Positions 37,797 through 46,747 of a DNA stretch of 59,584 nucleotides are shown in pieces. Source of the DNA: a virus. The DNA lies in the IMG/VR virus record IMGVR_UViG_3300045988_105378, positions 1-59,584 of that record; one strand, given 5' to 3'. Position 1 is the first letter of the stretch. Each line of letters starts with the position of its first letter. Below the pieces are notes generated by a model, which saw nothing but the letters and a program-made list of their open reading frames with translations, searched no databases and was not told the DNA's origin. Position numbers and translations under genes: made by a program.

Positions 37797-38387
37797 ATGA
37801 TGAATAGTAAAATAAGCAGGGGTTTGGAATTAAGTCAAATAGCAATGAGCTATAAAATTACGGGGGAAGATAAATATTTTGAGGAGTTATGGAATGAGGT
37901 AAAACCATTCGCATTTAAAATTGGTCAGAAGTATATAAATACAATTAGTAAAGAAAATATGGAGGAGTTGGCAATGGTATGCTTATATGATTGTTGCCGA
38001 TGCTTAAAGGAAGGAACCAACGTTCTTACATACTATGGTAGAATATTAGTTAATAGATACCATGATGCCTATAAAAGACCAAGAACAAGAGGAAATGAAG
38101 TATTAAATAATCAAGCACTTAGTTTAGATGCAACATACGAATCAGATGGTGGTGAACAATATATAGCATTAAACCCAAGTACAGTGGATGATATATTTTT
38201 CATAGAGGATTTCTATGAGGAGTGTAAACTTGGGGAACAGGAGATTATATTTGTGGACCTATTAAATATTGGTTATAAGCAAACAGAGATAATGGAAAAG
38301 TTAAAAATGGAGAAAACAGAATATAAGAAAATGCTAAAAGGTATACGAAAAAAGGTTATGAAAAACTATGATTTCGGAACTATTTAA
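37797..38387 (+). CDS. second sigma-70-like factor (divergent)
   Basis: EELAMVCLYDCCRCLKEGTNVLTYYGRILVNRY loosely fits sigma region 2. C-terminal HTH EQEIIFVDLLNIGYKQTEIMEKLKMEKTEYKKMLKGIRKKV resembles region 4. Same length (196 aa) as the gene at 34077..34667. Confidence 0.45.
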   Translation: MMNSKISRGLELSQIAMSYKITGEDKYFEELWNEVKPFAFKIGQKYINTISKENMEELAMVCLYDCCRCLKEGTNVLTYYGRILVNRYHDAYKRPRTRGNEVLNNQALSLDATYESDGGEQYIALNPSTVDDIFFIEDFYEECKLGEQEIIFVDLLNIGYKQTEIMEKLKMEKTEYKKMLKGIRKKVMKNYDFGTI

Positions 38388-38418
38388 TAAAATAGTTCCT
38401 TTTTTATGAAAAAATGTC

Positions 38419-38425
38419 GTATAAT
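38419..38425 (+). promoter_or_regulatory. tcgTATAAT-type promoter (family member 4; AAAAAATGTCGTATAATAATAATGGGAAG)
   Basis: Almost identical over 22 nt to the copy at 43129..43134. Confidence 0.3.
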
Positions 38426-38462
38426 AATAATGGGAAGCAAAAAAAAGAAGGAGGAAAACGCA

Positions 38463-39239
38463 ATGGCAAGATTAAACGCAGAACAAGCAGCATCATTTCC
38501 ATCAAGTGGTGGAAGAAGTAGTTTCCTATCATTACAAAATGATGGGGATTCAGCAGTAGTTAGATTTGCATATAACACTGTTGATGAATTATGTGGATGT
38601 GATTCAGTTCATACAATTAAGAATATTCAAACAGATAGATATGTTACAGTTGATTGTTTGAAAACTGATAATAGTAATCCAGATAGTGTATGTCCGTTAT
38701 GTGCGGCAGGAATTAAAATGCAAAAAACTTACTATTTACAAGTAAGAAATGAAGAAACTGGAGAAATGCAATTATGGCAAAGAGGTGAAAACTTTGTTCT
38801 TAATACATTAGTTCCAATTCTAGCAGATTATGAAGCAGATGGAACACCAATTACAGGTGTACCTATTAAAATAGTAAGAAAAGGTGCAAAGGGGGATTTG
38901 AATACTAAATATAATCTAATACCTAGACCAGTAGATGGAATGTTATTAGATCAATTCCCACAAGATATTGATGTTAGAGCAGAAGGTATTGTAAAGGAAT
39001 ATACATTCCAAGAATTACAAAACTTTATTCAAACTGGTCAATTACCTGCTAGTGGTAATGATGGTGATAATAACCAAGCAATTAGACCAAGAGGTAATAT
39101 GAATAATCCATATGATAATATGGGACAACCAGCAAGAGTTGAAAATTATGTAAATCAAGGTGGTCCAGTACAAGCACCAGTACAAGCACCTGCAACAAGA
39201 AACAGAAGAACTATTAGTGGCAATCAAGGCGGATACTAA
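38463..39239 (+). CDS. hypothetical Cys-containing protein with Q/P/N-rich C-terminus (258 aa)
   Basis: ATG at track start +57, preceded by GAAGGAGGAAAACGCA. CGC..C...CPLC cysteines. Low-complexity tail NQGGPVQAPVQAPATRNRR. Confidence 0.45.
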   Translation: MARLNAEQAASFPSSGGRSSFLSLQNDGDSAVVRFAYNTVDELCGCDSVHTIKNIQTDRYVTVDCLKTDNSNPDSVCPLCAAGIKMQKTYYLQVRNEETGEMQLWQRGENFVLNTLVPILADYEADGTPITGVPIKIVRKGAKGDLNTKYNLIPRPVDGMLLDQFPQDIDVRAEGIVKEYTFQELQNFIQTGQLPASGNDGDNNQAIRPRGNMNNPYDNMGQPARVENYVNQGGPVQAPVQAPATRNRRTISGNQGGY

Positions 39240-41524
39240 TGGCTTTATTTGATACTTATTCTAGAAGCTCTAAGGAGATGGATAGAATTTTAAAGGAAAA
39301 GGCAAATAAGAAAACCAGACCAAAAACTGGTAAATCTAATAACCTTTTAACAAGAATAAATACTATCCGAGAAAGAGTAGAAGAAAACCTAGGTGAGTAT
39401 AAAGATGATTACATAATTCTAACAAAGGATGAAGAAGTTAAAGATTATTTCTTAAAATTAAGAAATGCAAAACTAGTGGCAATAGATACAGAAACCACAG
39501 GTTTAAACTTTTTCCAAGATAAAATAGTTGGTATAAGTTTATACGCAGAGGGATTAAAAGCTTCCTATATCCCTCTAAACCATATATCAAGTATATATCA
39601 AACTAGAATTGATGGTCAGGCAAACATAGACCTAGTAAAAGAAGAAATGAAAAGGTGCATAGATTCTAACACTCAATTTATTTACCACAATGGTAAGTTT
39701 GATTTGAATGTATTAGAAACATTCTTAGGATTTAAGATGAATTGTCCATATTGGGATACCTTAGTGGCAAGTTACTTAATTACTAATGATAAAAACCAAA
39801 GAAGTTTGAAAGACCAATACAACAAGTATTGTAGTCATTTAGAAAATAAAGATAAGATAAATACTTTAAGTCATTTCCATGATTTATTTGAAGGATTGAG
39901 ATTTGATTATGTTCCTATACAATGTGGTTATATATATGCAGCAAGAGATGCATTTATGACATATAAGTTATTTGAACACCAAAGGGAATTCTTTGAACAA
40001 AAGGGAAATGAGGAATTGTATAAGTTATTTAAAGATGTTGAGGTTCCTTTAGTTCAAGTAACAGCAGATATGCAAAGAACTGGTGTTGCTATAGATATGG
40101 ATTTAGCAAAAAGATTAAAAACCGAATATGATGATAAATTAGCGGATATTACTAAACAAGTAAATGAAGAAATTCATAAGTTCGAGGATAAGATTATTAA
40201 ATATAGAATGATACATTATAATACTAAATTACAAGAACCAATAAACTTCAATAGTTCAGAACAATTAGCAATATTACTTTATGATATAATTGGTTGTGTT
40301 AATCCAGATAAGGAAAAACCGAGAGGGGTAGATGAAAAAGCATTAAAGCATATCAATATACCATTAACCAATGCAATATTAGAGTACAGAACAGTAAATA
40401 AATTGCTAAGTACATATATTGATGCTATACCAGCAAGAATAGAACCTACAGATGGTAGATTACATGCTAGTTTTAATCAAAATGGTGCAGATACTGGAAG
40501 ATTTAGTTCTAGTGAACCAAACTTACAAAATATACCGAGAGATGGTGGTATAAGATGTATGTTTAAAGCAACAGATGGTTATTATTTAGTAGGTGCCGAT
40601 TATTCACAACAGGAACCAAGAGTATTGGCTCATTTATGCCAAGATGAGAATATGATAAATGCTTATGCCACAGGTAAAGATTTATATAGTACTATGGCAA
40701 GTTTAGCATTTCATGTGCCTTATGAGCAATGTAAAGAATTTAATCCAGATGGAACTACTAACCATGAAGGTAAGGAGAGAAGAAGTAGGATTAAAGCAGT
40801 TGTTTTAGGGTTAATGTATGGTAGAGGTGATGCCAGTGTTGGTGAGCAATTAGGAATACCAGTGGAAGAAGCAAGAGAATTATCAAAGGCGTTATTTGAT
40901 GCCTTTCCAAAGATGAAGCAATATATTGAAGAAACTAAGGAAAAGGTTAAGAAGATTGGTTATACTACTACTTTATGGGGCAGAAGAAGATACTTAGAGT
41001 ATATTACTAAAGATAAATACGAATATAAGTATGGAGTAAATAGACCAATAAACTTTGATCCAATGTTAGATTCAGATGATGATGGTAGTACTGAGGTTAG
41101 CCAAGATATAAAAGATTATTACAATAATTTATTAGACAAGGCTAATTTTACTAAGAGAAAACAAATAATTGCCGATGCAGCAAGGCAAGGTATATTGATA
41201 GAAGATAATGGTTATTGGATTGCTGAGTCAGAGAGACAGGTAGTTAATAGTATAGTTCAAGGTTCAGCAGCAGATATGACTAAAAGAGCTATGGTGGCAT
41301 TATATAGAAATGAGGAACTTAATAGATTAGGTTTTAGATTGTTAATGTCAGTACATGATGAAAATATAGGGGAATGCCCTAAAGAGAATGTAAAAAGGGT
41401 TACAGAATTACTTAGTGAGATAATGATAGCAGCAAATAACAAATGTTGTGTAAAGATGAAATGTGATGCAGAGGTATCAGAGGTTTGGTATGGACCAAGC
41501 ATAGATTTGAAGGAGGTAGAATAA
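39239..41524 (+). CDS. family A DNA polymerase (3'-5' exonuclease + polymerase domains)
   Basis: Exo I VAIDTETTGL, exo II YHNGKFDLNVL, exo III YAARDAFMTYKLF. Pol motif A GADYSQQEPRVLAHL, motif B RRSRIKAVVLGLMYGRG, motif C LLMSVHDENIGE. Confidence 0.9.
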   Translation: MALFDTYSRSSKEMDRILKEKANKKTRPKTGKSNNLLTRINTIRERVEENLGEYKDDYIILTKDEEVKDYFLKLRNAKLVAIDTETTGLNFFQDKIVGISLYAEGLKASYIPLNHISSIYQTRIDGQANIDLVKEEMKRCIDSNTQFIYHNGKFDLNVLETFLGFKMNCPYWDTLVASYLITNDKNQRSLKDQYNKYCSHLENKDKINTLSHFHDLFEGLRFDYVPIQCGYIYAARDAFMTYKLFEHQREFFEQKGNEELYKLFKDVEVPLVQVTADMQRTGVAIDMDLAKRLKTEYDDKLADITKQVNEEIHKFEDKIIKYRMIHYNTKLQEPINFNSSEQLAILLYDIIGCVNPDKEKPRGVDEKALKHINIPLTNAILEYRTVNKLLSTYIDAIPARIEPTDGRLHASFNQNGADTGRFSSSEPNLQNIPRDGGIRCMFKATDGYYLVGADYSQQEPRVLAHLCQDENMINAYATGKDLYSTMASLAFHVPYEQCKEFNPDGTTNHEGKERRSRIKAVVLGLMYGRGDASVGEQLGIPVEEARELSKALFDAFPKMKQYIEETKEKVKKIGYTTTLWGRRRYLEYITKDKYEYKYGVNRPINFDPMLDSDDDGSTEVSQDIKDYYNNLLDKANFTKRKQIIADAARQGILIEDNGYWIAESERQVVNSIVQGSAADMTKRAMVALYRNEELNRLGFRLLMSVHDENIGECPKENVKRVTELLSEIMIAANNKCCVKMKCDAEVSEVWYGPSIDLKEVE

Positions 41525-42444
41525 TGGAATACTATGTAGTTAAACCGCCATATAAGAATATAGTTAATTATTGTATGGAACATAAGATTGCAATGATGCT
41601 TTCTTATTATAGTGATAAGAAAACAGCATATGATAATTTCTTAAAGCCTAGAAAGGAAAGAGCAGAAAAAGGATTAGAAAATGGTAAACTATTTATGGAT
41701 AGTGGTGCCTTCACTGCTTGGACTAAAGGTGCAACAATTGATGTTGATGAATATTGTAATTACATAAGTGAATATGGTGAATATGTGGATTACTTTGGAC
41801 AATTGGATACAATACCAAAAGTTGGTGGAACTGTAAAAGAAGCCGAAGAAGCAGCGAAAAGTACATTAGAAAACTATAAATATATGGTTTCCAAAGTAAA
41901 ATATCCAGAAAAAGTGGTTTTTACATTTCACGTAGGGGAACCAATAGAGGTATTGAAAGAGGCATTAACTTGGGGCAAGGAACATAAAGATATAATGAAA
42001 ATGATAGCGATCGGAGGTATGGTTAAAAAGAATGCCGATGATAAACATTCAGTAATAAGTAGAGTATTTAGTGCTATTAGGGAAATATACCCAGAGGTTA
42101 AAGTTCATTTATTTGGTTGTACTAGTAAACAATACTTTTTAGATTATCCAGCAACAAGTGGTGATAGTAGTAATTACATAATGTCAGCAACCAAAGGTGG
42201 GGTGTGGACACCTGGTGGTTTATATGGATTCGGTGAAAAGAAAGATAAGAACCATTACCTACTTCAAAGATATGATGTAAAAGAGGCTATTGATAAATAT
42301 TTAGAAGAAATCGGTATGCCGGCAGAATTACTAATGGAACACGCTAAGCATAGATTACTAGCAAATATTAAGTATATTGAAAGAGAGTTTTATTTAAAGA
42401 AAGTGGAGAATAAAACTAGAAGACAAACAAGGAGGTTATTCTAA
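41524..42444 (+). CDS. dpdA: DpdA-like DNA-guanine transglycosylase (TGT superfamily), C-terminal RRLF tail
   Basis: TGT active-site-like motif KLFMDSGAFTAW (compare TDSGGFQ). Immediately follows the polymerase gene and precedes the preQ0-synthesis genes. ATG 41524 after GGAGGTAGAATA. Confidence 0.6.
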   Translation: MEYYVVKPPYKNIVNYCMEHKIAMMLSYYSDKKTAYDNFLKPRKERAEKGLENGKLFMDSGAFTAWTKGATIDVDEYCNYISEYGEYVDYFGQLDTIPKVGGTVKEAEEAAKSTLENYKYMVSKVKYPEKVVFTFHVGEPIEVLKEALTWGKEHKDIMKMIAIGGMVKKNADDKHSVISRVFSAIREIYPEVKVHLFGCTSKQYFLDYPATSGDSSNYIMSATKGGVWTPGGLYGFGEKKDKNHYLLQRYDVKEAIDKYLEEIGMPAELLMEHAKHRLLANIKYIEREFYLKKVENKTRRQTRRLF

Positions 42445-43118
42445 TGTATAAGTTTGATGTTAAACCTGCTGATTATTTATTTAGTAAAGAGGAAAGGGAA
42501 AGCCGCGAAGATTGTAAAGTAGAAAATCTAGTTGGTGAGGAGGCAGTATTAAATAGTAAAGTAATTGATGATGCTTTTGAAAGAATACTAGCAGATTTTA
42601 AACCAAAACATAATAAAGTAATCTTTTCCCTATGCAGTAGTAGTAGACCATATATACTAAGTCAGAAGTGGAAATCATTCCATGAACACTTTGGTGATGT
42701 GGCAGATTTGGTTATATGTTCAAATGGTGGTATAATTCCAATTGAATATATGTGCTGTTTCCCATTTATGCAATATGATGCCCACAGGGCAAATGCCGGA
42801 ACAGACCAATTATATAAAGATAAGATGAAGGATAAACTTCAAAGGTTTTTAGATAAATTCGGTAGTAATTATGAAATTATAATTTATAGTTTCCTACCTA
42901 GTTCTAGAAATGCTGAAGCAATAAGAGAAATGAATGGAGCCGGAGGTGTTCTATTACCATCTCAAGAAGTTTATAGAGATATTATTGATAATGGATGTCC
43001 GGGGGTTAACTCAAGAAGATACCCACAATGTGCTAGACAAGCTATAAAAGAGATGGCGGAACATTTAAAGGTTGATGTTGATTTACCATTTAGTGCTAAG
43101 CAAAGACGTTTATTCTAA
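42444..43118 (+). CDS. hypothetical protein of the deazaguanine cluster (224 aa), C-terminal RRLF tail
   Basis: ATGA overlap with dpdA. Ends ...SAKQRRLF like DpdA (...RRQTRRLF). Confidence 0.5.
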   Translation: MYKFDVKPADYLFSKEERESREDCKVENLVGEEAVLNSKVIDDAFERILADFKPKHNKVIFSLCSSSRPYILSQKWKSFHEHFGDVADLVICSNGGIIPIEYMCCFPFMQYDAHRANAGTDQLYKDKMKDKLQRFLDKFGSNYEIIIYSFLPSSRNAEAIREMNGAGGVLLPSQEVYRDIIDNGCPGVNSRRYPQCARQAIKEMAEHLKVDVDLPFSAKQRRLF

Positions 43119-43128
43119 AAAAGTTTCG

Positions 43129-43134
43129 TATAAT
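43129..43134 (+). promoter_or_regulatory. tcgTATAAT-type promoter (family member 5; AAAAAAGTTTCGTATAATAATAATGGGAAGG)
   Basis: Begins 11 nt after the stop of the previous gene. RBS and queC start 24 nt downstream. Confidence 0.3.
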
Positions 43135-43157
43135 AATAATGGGAAGGAGGAATAGAG

Positions 43158-43856
43158 ATGAAAGCATTAGTTTTAAATAGTGGTGGTGTTGATAGTACTA
43201 CTTGCGTAGCAATTGCCGTAGATAAATATGGTAAAGATAATGTAGTTACAGCATCATTATACTATGGGCAAAAGCATGATAAGGAATTAAAGTGCGCACA
43301 AAAGATAGCAGATTACTATGGGGTAAGACATATTGAAAGAGATATTTCAAGCGTTATGGAATTTGCCAAAGATGTTTGTACTTTAATGAAAGGCGGAGAA
43401 GAAATAGAACATGCTTCTTATGCAGAACAGATTAAAGAACATGGTGAAGGTAGGGTAGCAACATATGTACCTTTTAGAAATGGATTATTTCTATCAATAG
43501 CAGCAGCAGTTGCAGATAGTATATTCCCTGGTGAAAAGGTAGAAATATTCTATGGTGCCCACGCTGATGATGCTGCCGGAAGAGCTTATGCCGATTGTAG
43601 TCCAGAATTTGCAGCAGCAATGGATGAAGCAATTAACATTGGTACTTATGGTAACATTACAGTAAACAGACCTTTAATCAATCTAAATAAAGCCGGAGTG
43701 GTTAAAATTGGTTTAGGTTTAAATGTTCCATACGAATTAACTTGGTCTTGCTATGAAGGTGGAGAAAAACAATGTGGTACTTGTGGTACTTGCATTGATA
43801 GAAAAGCAGCATTCGAAGCCAACGGAGTAAAAGACCCAGTTGAATATGAAAATTAA
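43158..43856 (+). CDS. queC: 7-cyano-7-deazaguanine synthase
   Basis: PP-loop LVLNSGGVDSTTC. C-terminal zinc cluster CYEGGEKQCGTCGTCIDR. Confidence 0.85.
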   Translation: MKALVLNSGGVDSTTCVAIAVDKYGKDNVVTASLYYGQKHDKELKCAQKIADYYGVRHIERDISSVMEFAKDVCTLMKGGEEIEHASYAEQIKEHGEGRVATYVPFRNGLFLSIAAAVADSIFPGEKVEIFYGAHADDAAGRAYADCSPEFAAAMDEAINIGTYGNITVNRPLINLNKAGVVKIGLGLNVPYELTWSCYEGGEKQCGTCGTCIDRKAAFEANGVKDPVEYEN

Positions 43857-43911
43857 ATAATTTATAAGTTGTATGAAAATCCAACCAACTTAAAAAATAC
43901 TAGGAGGAAAT

Positions 43912-44574
43912 ATGAAGAAAAAGTTTAAAAGAAATATTAGTGAGTTACAATTATATCTAACTTTACTATTTGTAGTAAGTTTGTTAATTAGTAACATTAT
44001 TACAGCCAAGCAGGTATTATTACCTTTTGGAATTGTAATGACAGGAGCAGTATTCGTATTCCCTATTACCTATATACTTTCGGATTTATTTTCCGAAGTA
44101 TATGGATATAGATGGAGTAGAATAACTTGCTATCTAGGATTTGCAGCAAATCTATTTATGGTTTTAATATTCAGTGCGGTTATAGCAACACCAGCACCTG
44201 ATTATTGGTTAAACCAAGAAGCATTTCAAACAGTGCTAGGAAATACACCAAGAGTATTGGTGGCATCATTATTAGCATTCGTTCTAGGGGATTTCGTTAA
44301 TGATAGGGTATTTAGAAAAATGAAAGAAAAATATCCTAACAGTATAAAAGGATTTGGATGGAGAGCAATACTATCCAGTGTTTGTGGAGAATTAGTGGAT
44401 AGTTTAGTATTCTTACCAATAGCATTTATTGGTCAAATGCCTTTAAAAACATTAGCAGTTATGACAGTAATGCAAGTTTTAATTAAAACTGGATATGAAG
44501 TAATTATATTACCAATTACTAGATTAGTTGTTAAGAAAACATCAGCATACGAAAATAGAATGGGAGTGAAATAA
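43912..44574 (+). CDS. queuosine-precursor transporter (YhhQ/VUT-like membrane protein)
   Basis: 220 aa. Six hydrophobic segments. N-terminal region LLFVVSLLISNIITAKQVLLPFGIVMTGAVFVFPITYILSDLFSEVYGY resembles YhhQ-family preQ0/preQ1 importers. Confidence 0.55.
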   Translation: MKKKFKRNISELQLYLTLLFVVSLLISNIITAKQVLLPFGIVMTGAVFVFPITYILSDLFSEVYGYRWSRITCYLGFAANLFMVLIFSAVIATPAPDYWLNQEAFQTVLGNTPRVLVASLLAFVLGDFVNDRVFRKMKEKYPNSIKGFGWRAILSSVCGELVDSLVFLPIAFIGQMPLKTLAVMTVMQVLIKTGYEVIILPITRLVVKKTSAYENRMGVK

Positions 44575-45056
44575 TGGAAGTAACGGAGGCAATGGTATTT
44601 GCTAATGAGTTAGCAAAACAAAATCTTATGACAAATAACGGAGGTCCATTCGGGGCAGTGGTTATAAAAGATGGTAAGATTATAGGTGTTGGTAATAATA
44701 GAGTTATTGGAAATAATGATCCAACAGCACATGCCGAAGTAATGGCAATTAGGGATGCTTGTAAGAATTTGAATACATATGATTTAAGTGGTTGTATAAT
44801 GGTAACTAGTTGTTATCCTTGTCCAATGTGCTTAAGTGCAATTATATGGTCCAATATTAAACAAGTATACTATGGAAATACAAAAGAGGATGCAGCAGAT
44901 ATAGGATTCAGAGATGATTTCATTTATAAGTTTTTAGATAAATTAAACAATAGTGAAAAAGATGATGAAGTATTAGTATTGTATCCTTGTAATAGAATAG
45001 TAACAATGGAATCATTCCTTGAATTTAAAAACAAGGAAGATAAAACAATATATTAG
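44574..45056 (+). CDS. CDA-fold zinc deaminase, closest to the guanine deaminase (GuaD) / TadA type
   Basis: GGPFGAVVIKDGKIIGVGNN...DPTAHAEVMAIRDA...VTSCYPCPMCLSAIIW, the HAE + PCxxC zinc motifs of the cytidine-deaminase fold. Confidence 0.65.
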   Translation: MEVTEAMVFANELAKQNLMTNNGGPFGAVVIKDGKIIGVGNNRVIGNNDPTAHAEVMAIRDACKNLNTYDLSGCIMVTSCYPCPMCLSAIIWSNIKQVYYGNTKEDAADIGFRDDFIYKFLDKLNNSEKDDEVLVLYPCNRIVTMESFLEFKNKEDKTIY

Positions 45057-45068
45057 GAGGTATAAAAT

Positions 45069-45416
45069 ATGTATTATGTAAGTAAAAGAATGGAAATTGC
45101 TGGGGCACACAGACTTAATTTAGATTATGAAAGTAAGTGCCTAAACCTACACGGACATAATTGGATTGTAACAGTTCATTGTAAGGCAAAAGAATTAAAT
45201 AGAAATGGAATGGTTGAGGATTTTACTTTAATTAAAAAAGAAATCCATGATAAACTAGACCATCAATACCTTAATGAAGTGCCAGAACTAAGAGGAATCA
45301 ATCCTACAGCAGAAAATATTGCTAAGTGGATTTGTGAACAGATACCAACCTGCTATAAGGTAGAAGTTCAAGAATCAGAAGGTAATATAGCAACATATGT
45401 TGAGGAGGATTTCTAA
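45069..45416 (+). CDS. queD: 6-carboxy-5,6,7,8-tetrahydropterin synthase
   Basis: 115 aa. CLNLHGHNWIVTVHC motif (Cys-x-x-x-His-Gly-His). Confidence 0.8.
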   Translation: MYYVSKRMEIAGAHRLNLDYESKCLNLHGHNWIVTVHCKAKELNRNGMVEDFTLIKKEIHDKLDHQYLNEVPELRGINPTAENIAKWICEQIPTCYKVEVQESEGNIATYVEEDF

Positions 45417-46150
45417 TGATACCAGTAGCAGAAATATTTGGACCAACCATTCAAGGTGAAGGTCCAAATACTGGTTTAAAATCAATATTCGTAAGAGTGG
45501 CAGGTTGCGATTTTAAATGTAGTTGGTGTGATAGCAAGTTTGCTTGGAAAGTTGATATAAAGACAACAAGATTTCAAAATCCATCACAACTTGCGGCAGA
45601 GTTATTCAAACGATGCCTAGAAACCCATACAAGTCATATAATTCTAACTGGTGGAAATCCTTGTTTATATGATTTCGGACCAGTTATAAAAGAATTAAGA
45701 AAATACAATATTACTTTCGATGTGGAAACACAAGGAAGTAAATTACCAGATTGGTTATTAGAAATAGATACTATAGTAATTAGTCCAAAAGCACCATCTA
45801 GTGGACAGCCAGATGTTATGGAGAGTGTACAGGACTTATTAAAAAGAATAGTTATGTTACCTGGTCATAAAAGACCGAAGGTAGCAATTAAAATTCCAGT
45901 TTTCACTGATGAGGACTTTAAGTTTGCAGAGAGATGGTTTGAATTAGTAAAAGGTTCAATATTCAGTTTAGATATAAAGTTGTATTTAAGTGTAGGTAAT
46001 ACAAATACAACAGAGAGTGGCGATATATCCGGTAGAGTATTAGCAGATTACAAAAAGTTAATTGATAAGGTAATCAGCAGTAATATGGATAGGGTATATG
46101 TAATGCCACAAGTACATACATTAGTATGGGGAAATAAACAAGGAGTATAG
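45416..46150 (+). CDS. queE: 7-carboxy-7-deazaguanine synthase (radical SAM)
   Basis: GEGPNTGLKSIFVRVAGCDFKCSWCDSKFAW, a CxxxCxxC radical-SAM cluster motif in the QueE arrangement. Confidence 0.8.
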   Translation: MIPVAEIFGPTIQGEGPNTGLKSIFVRVAGCDFKCSWCDSKFAWKVDIKTTRFQNPSQLAAELFKRCLETHTSHIILTGGNPCLYDFGPVIKELRKYNITFDVETQGSKLPDWLLEIDTIVISPKAPSSGQPDVMESVQDLLKRIVMLPGHKRPKVAIKIPVFTDEDFKFAERWFELVKGSIFSLDIKLYLSVGNTNTTESGDISGRVLADYKKLIDKVISSNMDRVYVMPQVHTLVWGNKQGV

Positions 46151-46161
46151 GAGGAAACAAT

Positions 46162-46734
46162 ATGGATAATGCTAAGTTAGAACAAGCAGCAAAGTTAATC
46201 ATTGAAGCAGTTGGGGATGATATTACTAGACCAGGTTTGGTTGAAACACCAAAAAGATTTGCCAAGATGATGAATGAAGTGCTTGAAGGTATGAAATATA
46301 CCAACAAAGAAATTGGTGAAATGTTTAAGAAAGAATTCGAAATTGGGTCAAACGATTTAGTTACAATGTCCGATATCGATGTATTTAGCTTTTGCGAGCA
46401 TCATATAGCATTGATGTATGATATGAAAGTAAGCGTAGCATATTTACCAAAGGATGGAAAAGTTTTAGGTTTAAGTAAAATTGCTAGAATAGCAGATATG
46501 TGTGCTAAGAGATTACAATTACAGGAGAAGATTGGAATGGATATAGCAGAATGTATCAGCATAGCAACTGGTAGTGAAGATGTAATGGTTGTTATAGAAG
46601 GTAAACACGCTTGTATGACAACAAGAGGAATTAAAAAAGTTAATTCAGTTACTAGAACTTCTACTACTACAGGTAGATTTGAAACAGATAGAACTTTGGA
46701 AGAAAGAGCTTATATATTATTAGGGTTAAAATAA
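46162..46734 (+). CDS. folE: GTP cyclohydrolase I
   Basis: GLVETPKRFAKMMNE...FCEHHIALMYDMKVSVAYLPKDGKVLGLSKIARIADMCAKRLQLQEKI. Conserved CEHH and LSK motifs. Confidence 0.85.
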   Translation: MDNAKLEQAAKLIIEAVGDDITRPGLVETPKRFAKMMNEVLEGMKYTNKEIGEMFKKEFEIGSNDLVTMSDIDVFSFCEHHIALMYDMKVSVAYLPKDGKVLGLSKIARIADMCAKRLQLQEKIGMDIAECISIATGSEDVMVVIEGKHACMTTRGIKKVNSVTRTSTTTGRFETDRTLEERAYILLGLK

Positions 46735-46747
46735 GAAGGAGGAAATT

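Noticed and set aside
38463-39239. Calling this the single-stranded DNA-binding protein
   Set aside because: No OB-fold or SSB signature motifs are recognisable by eye. It is left as hypothetical.
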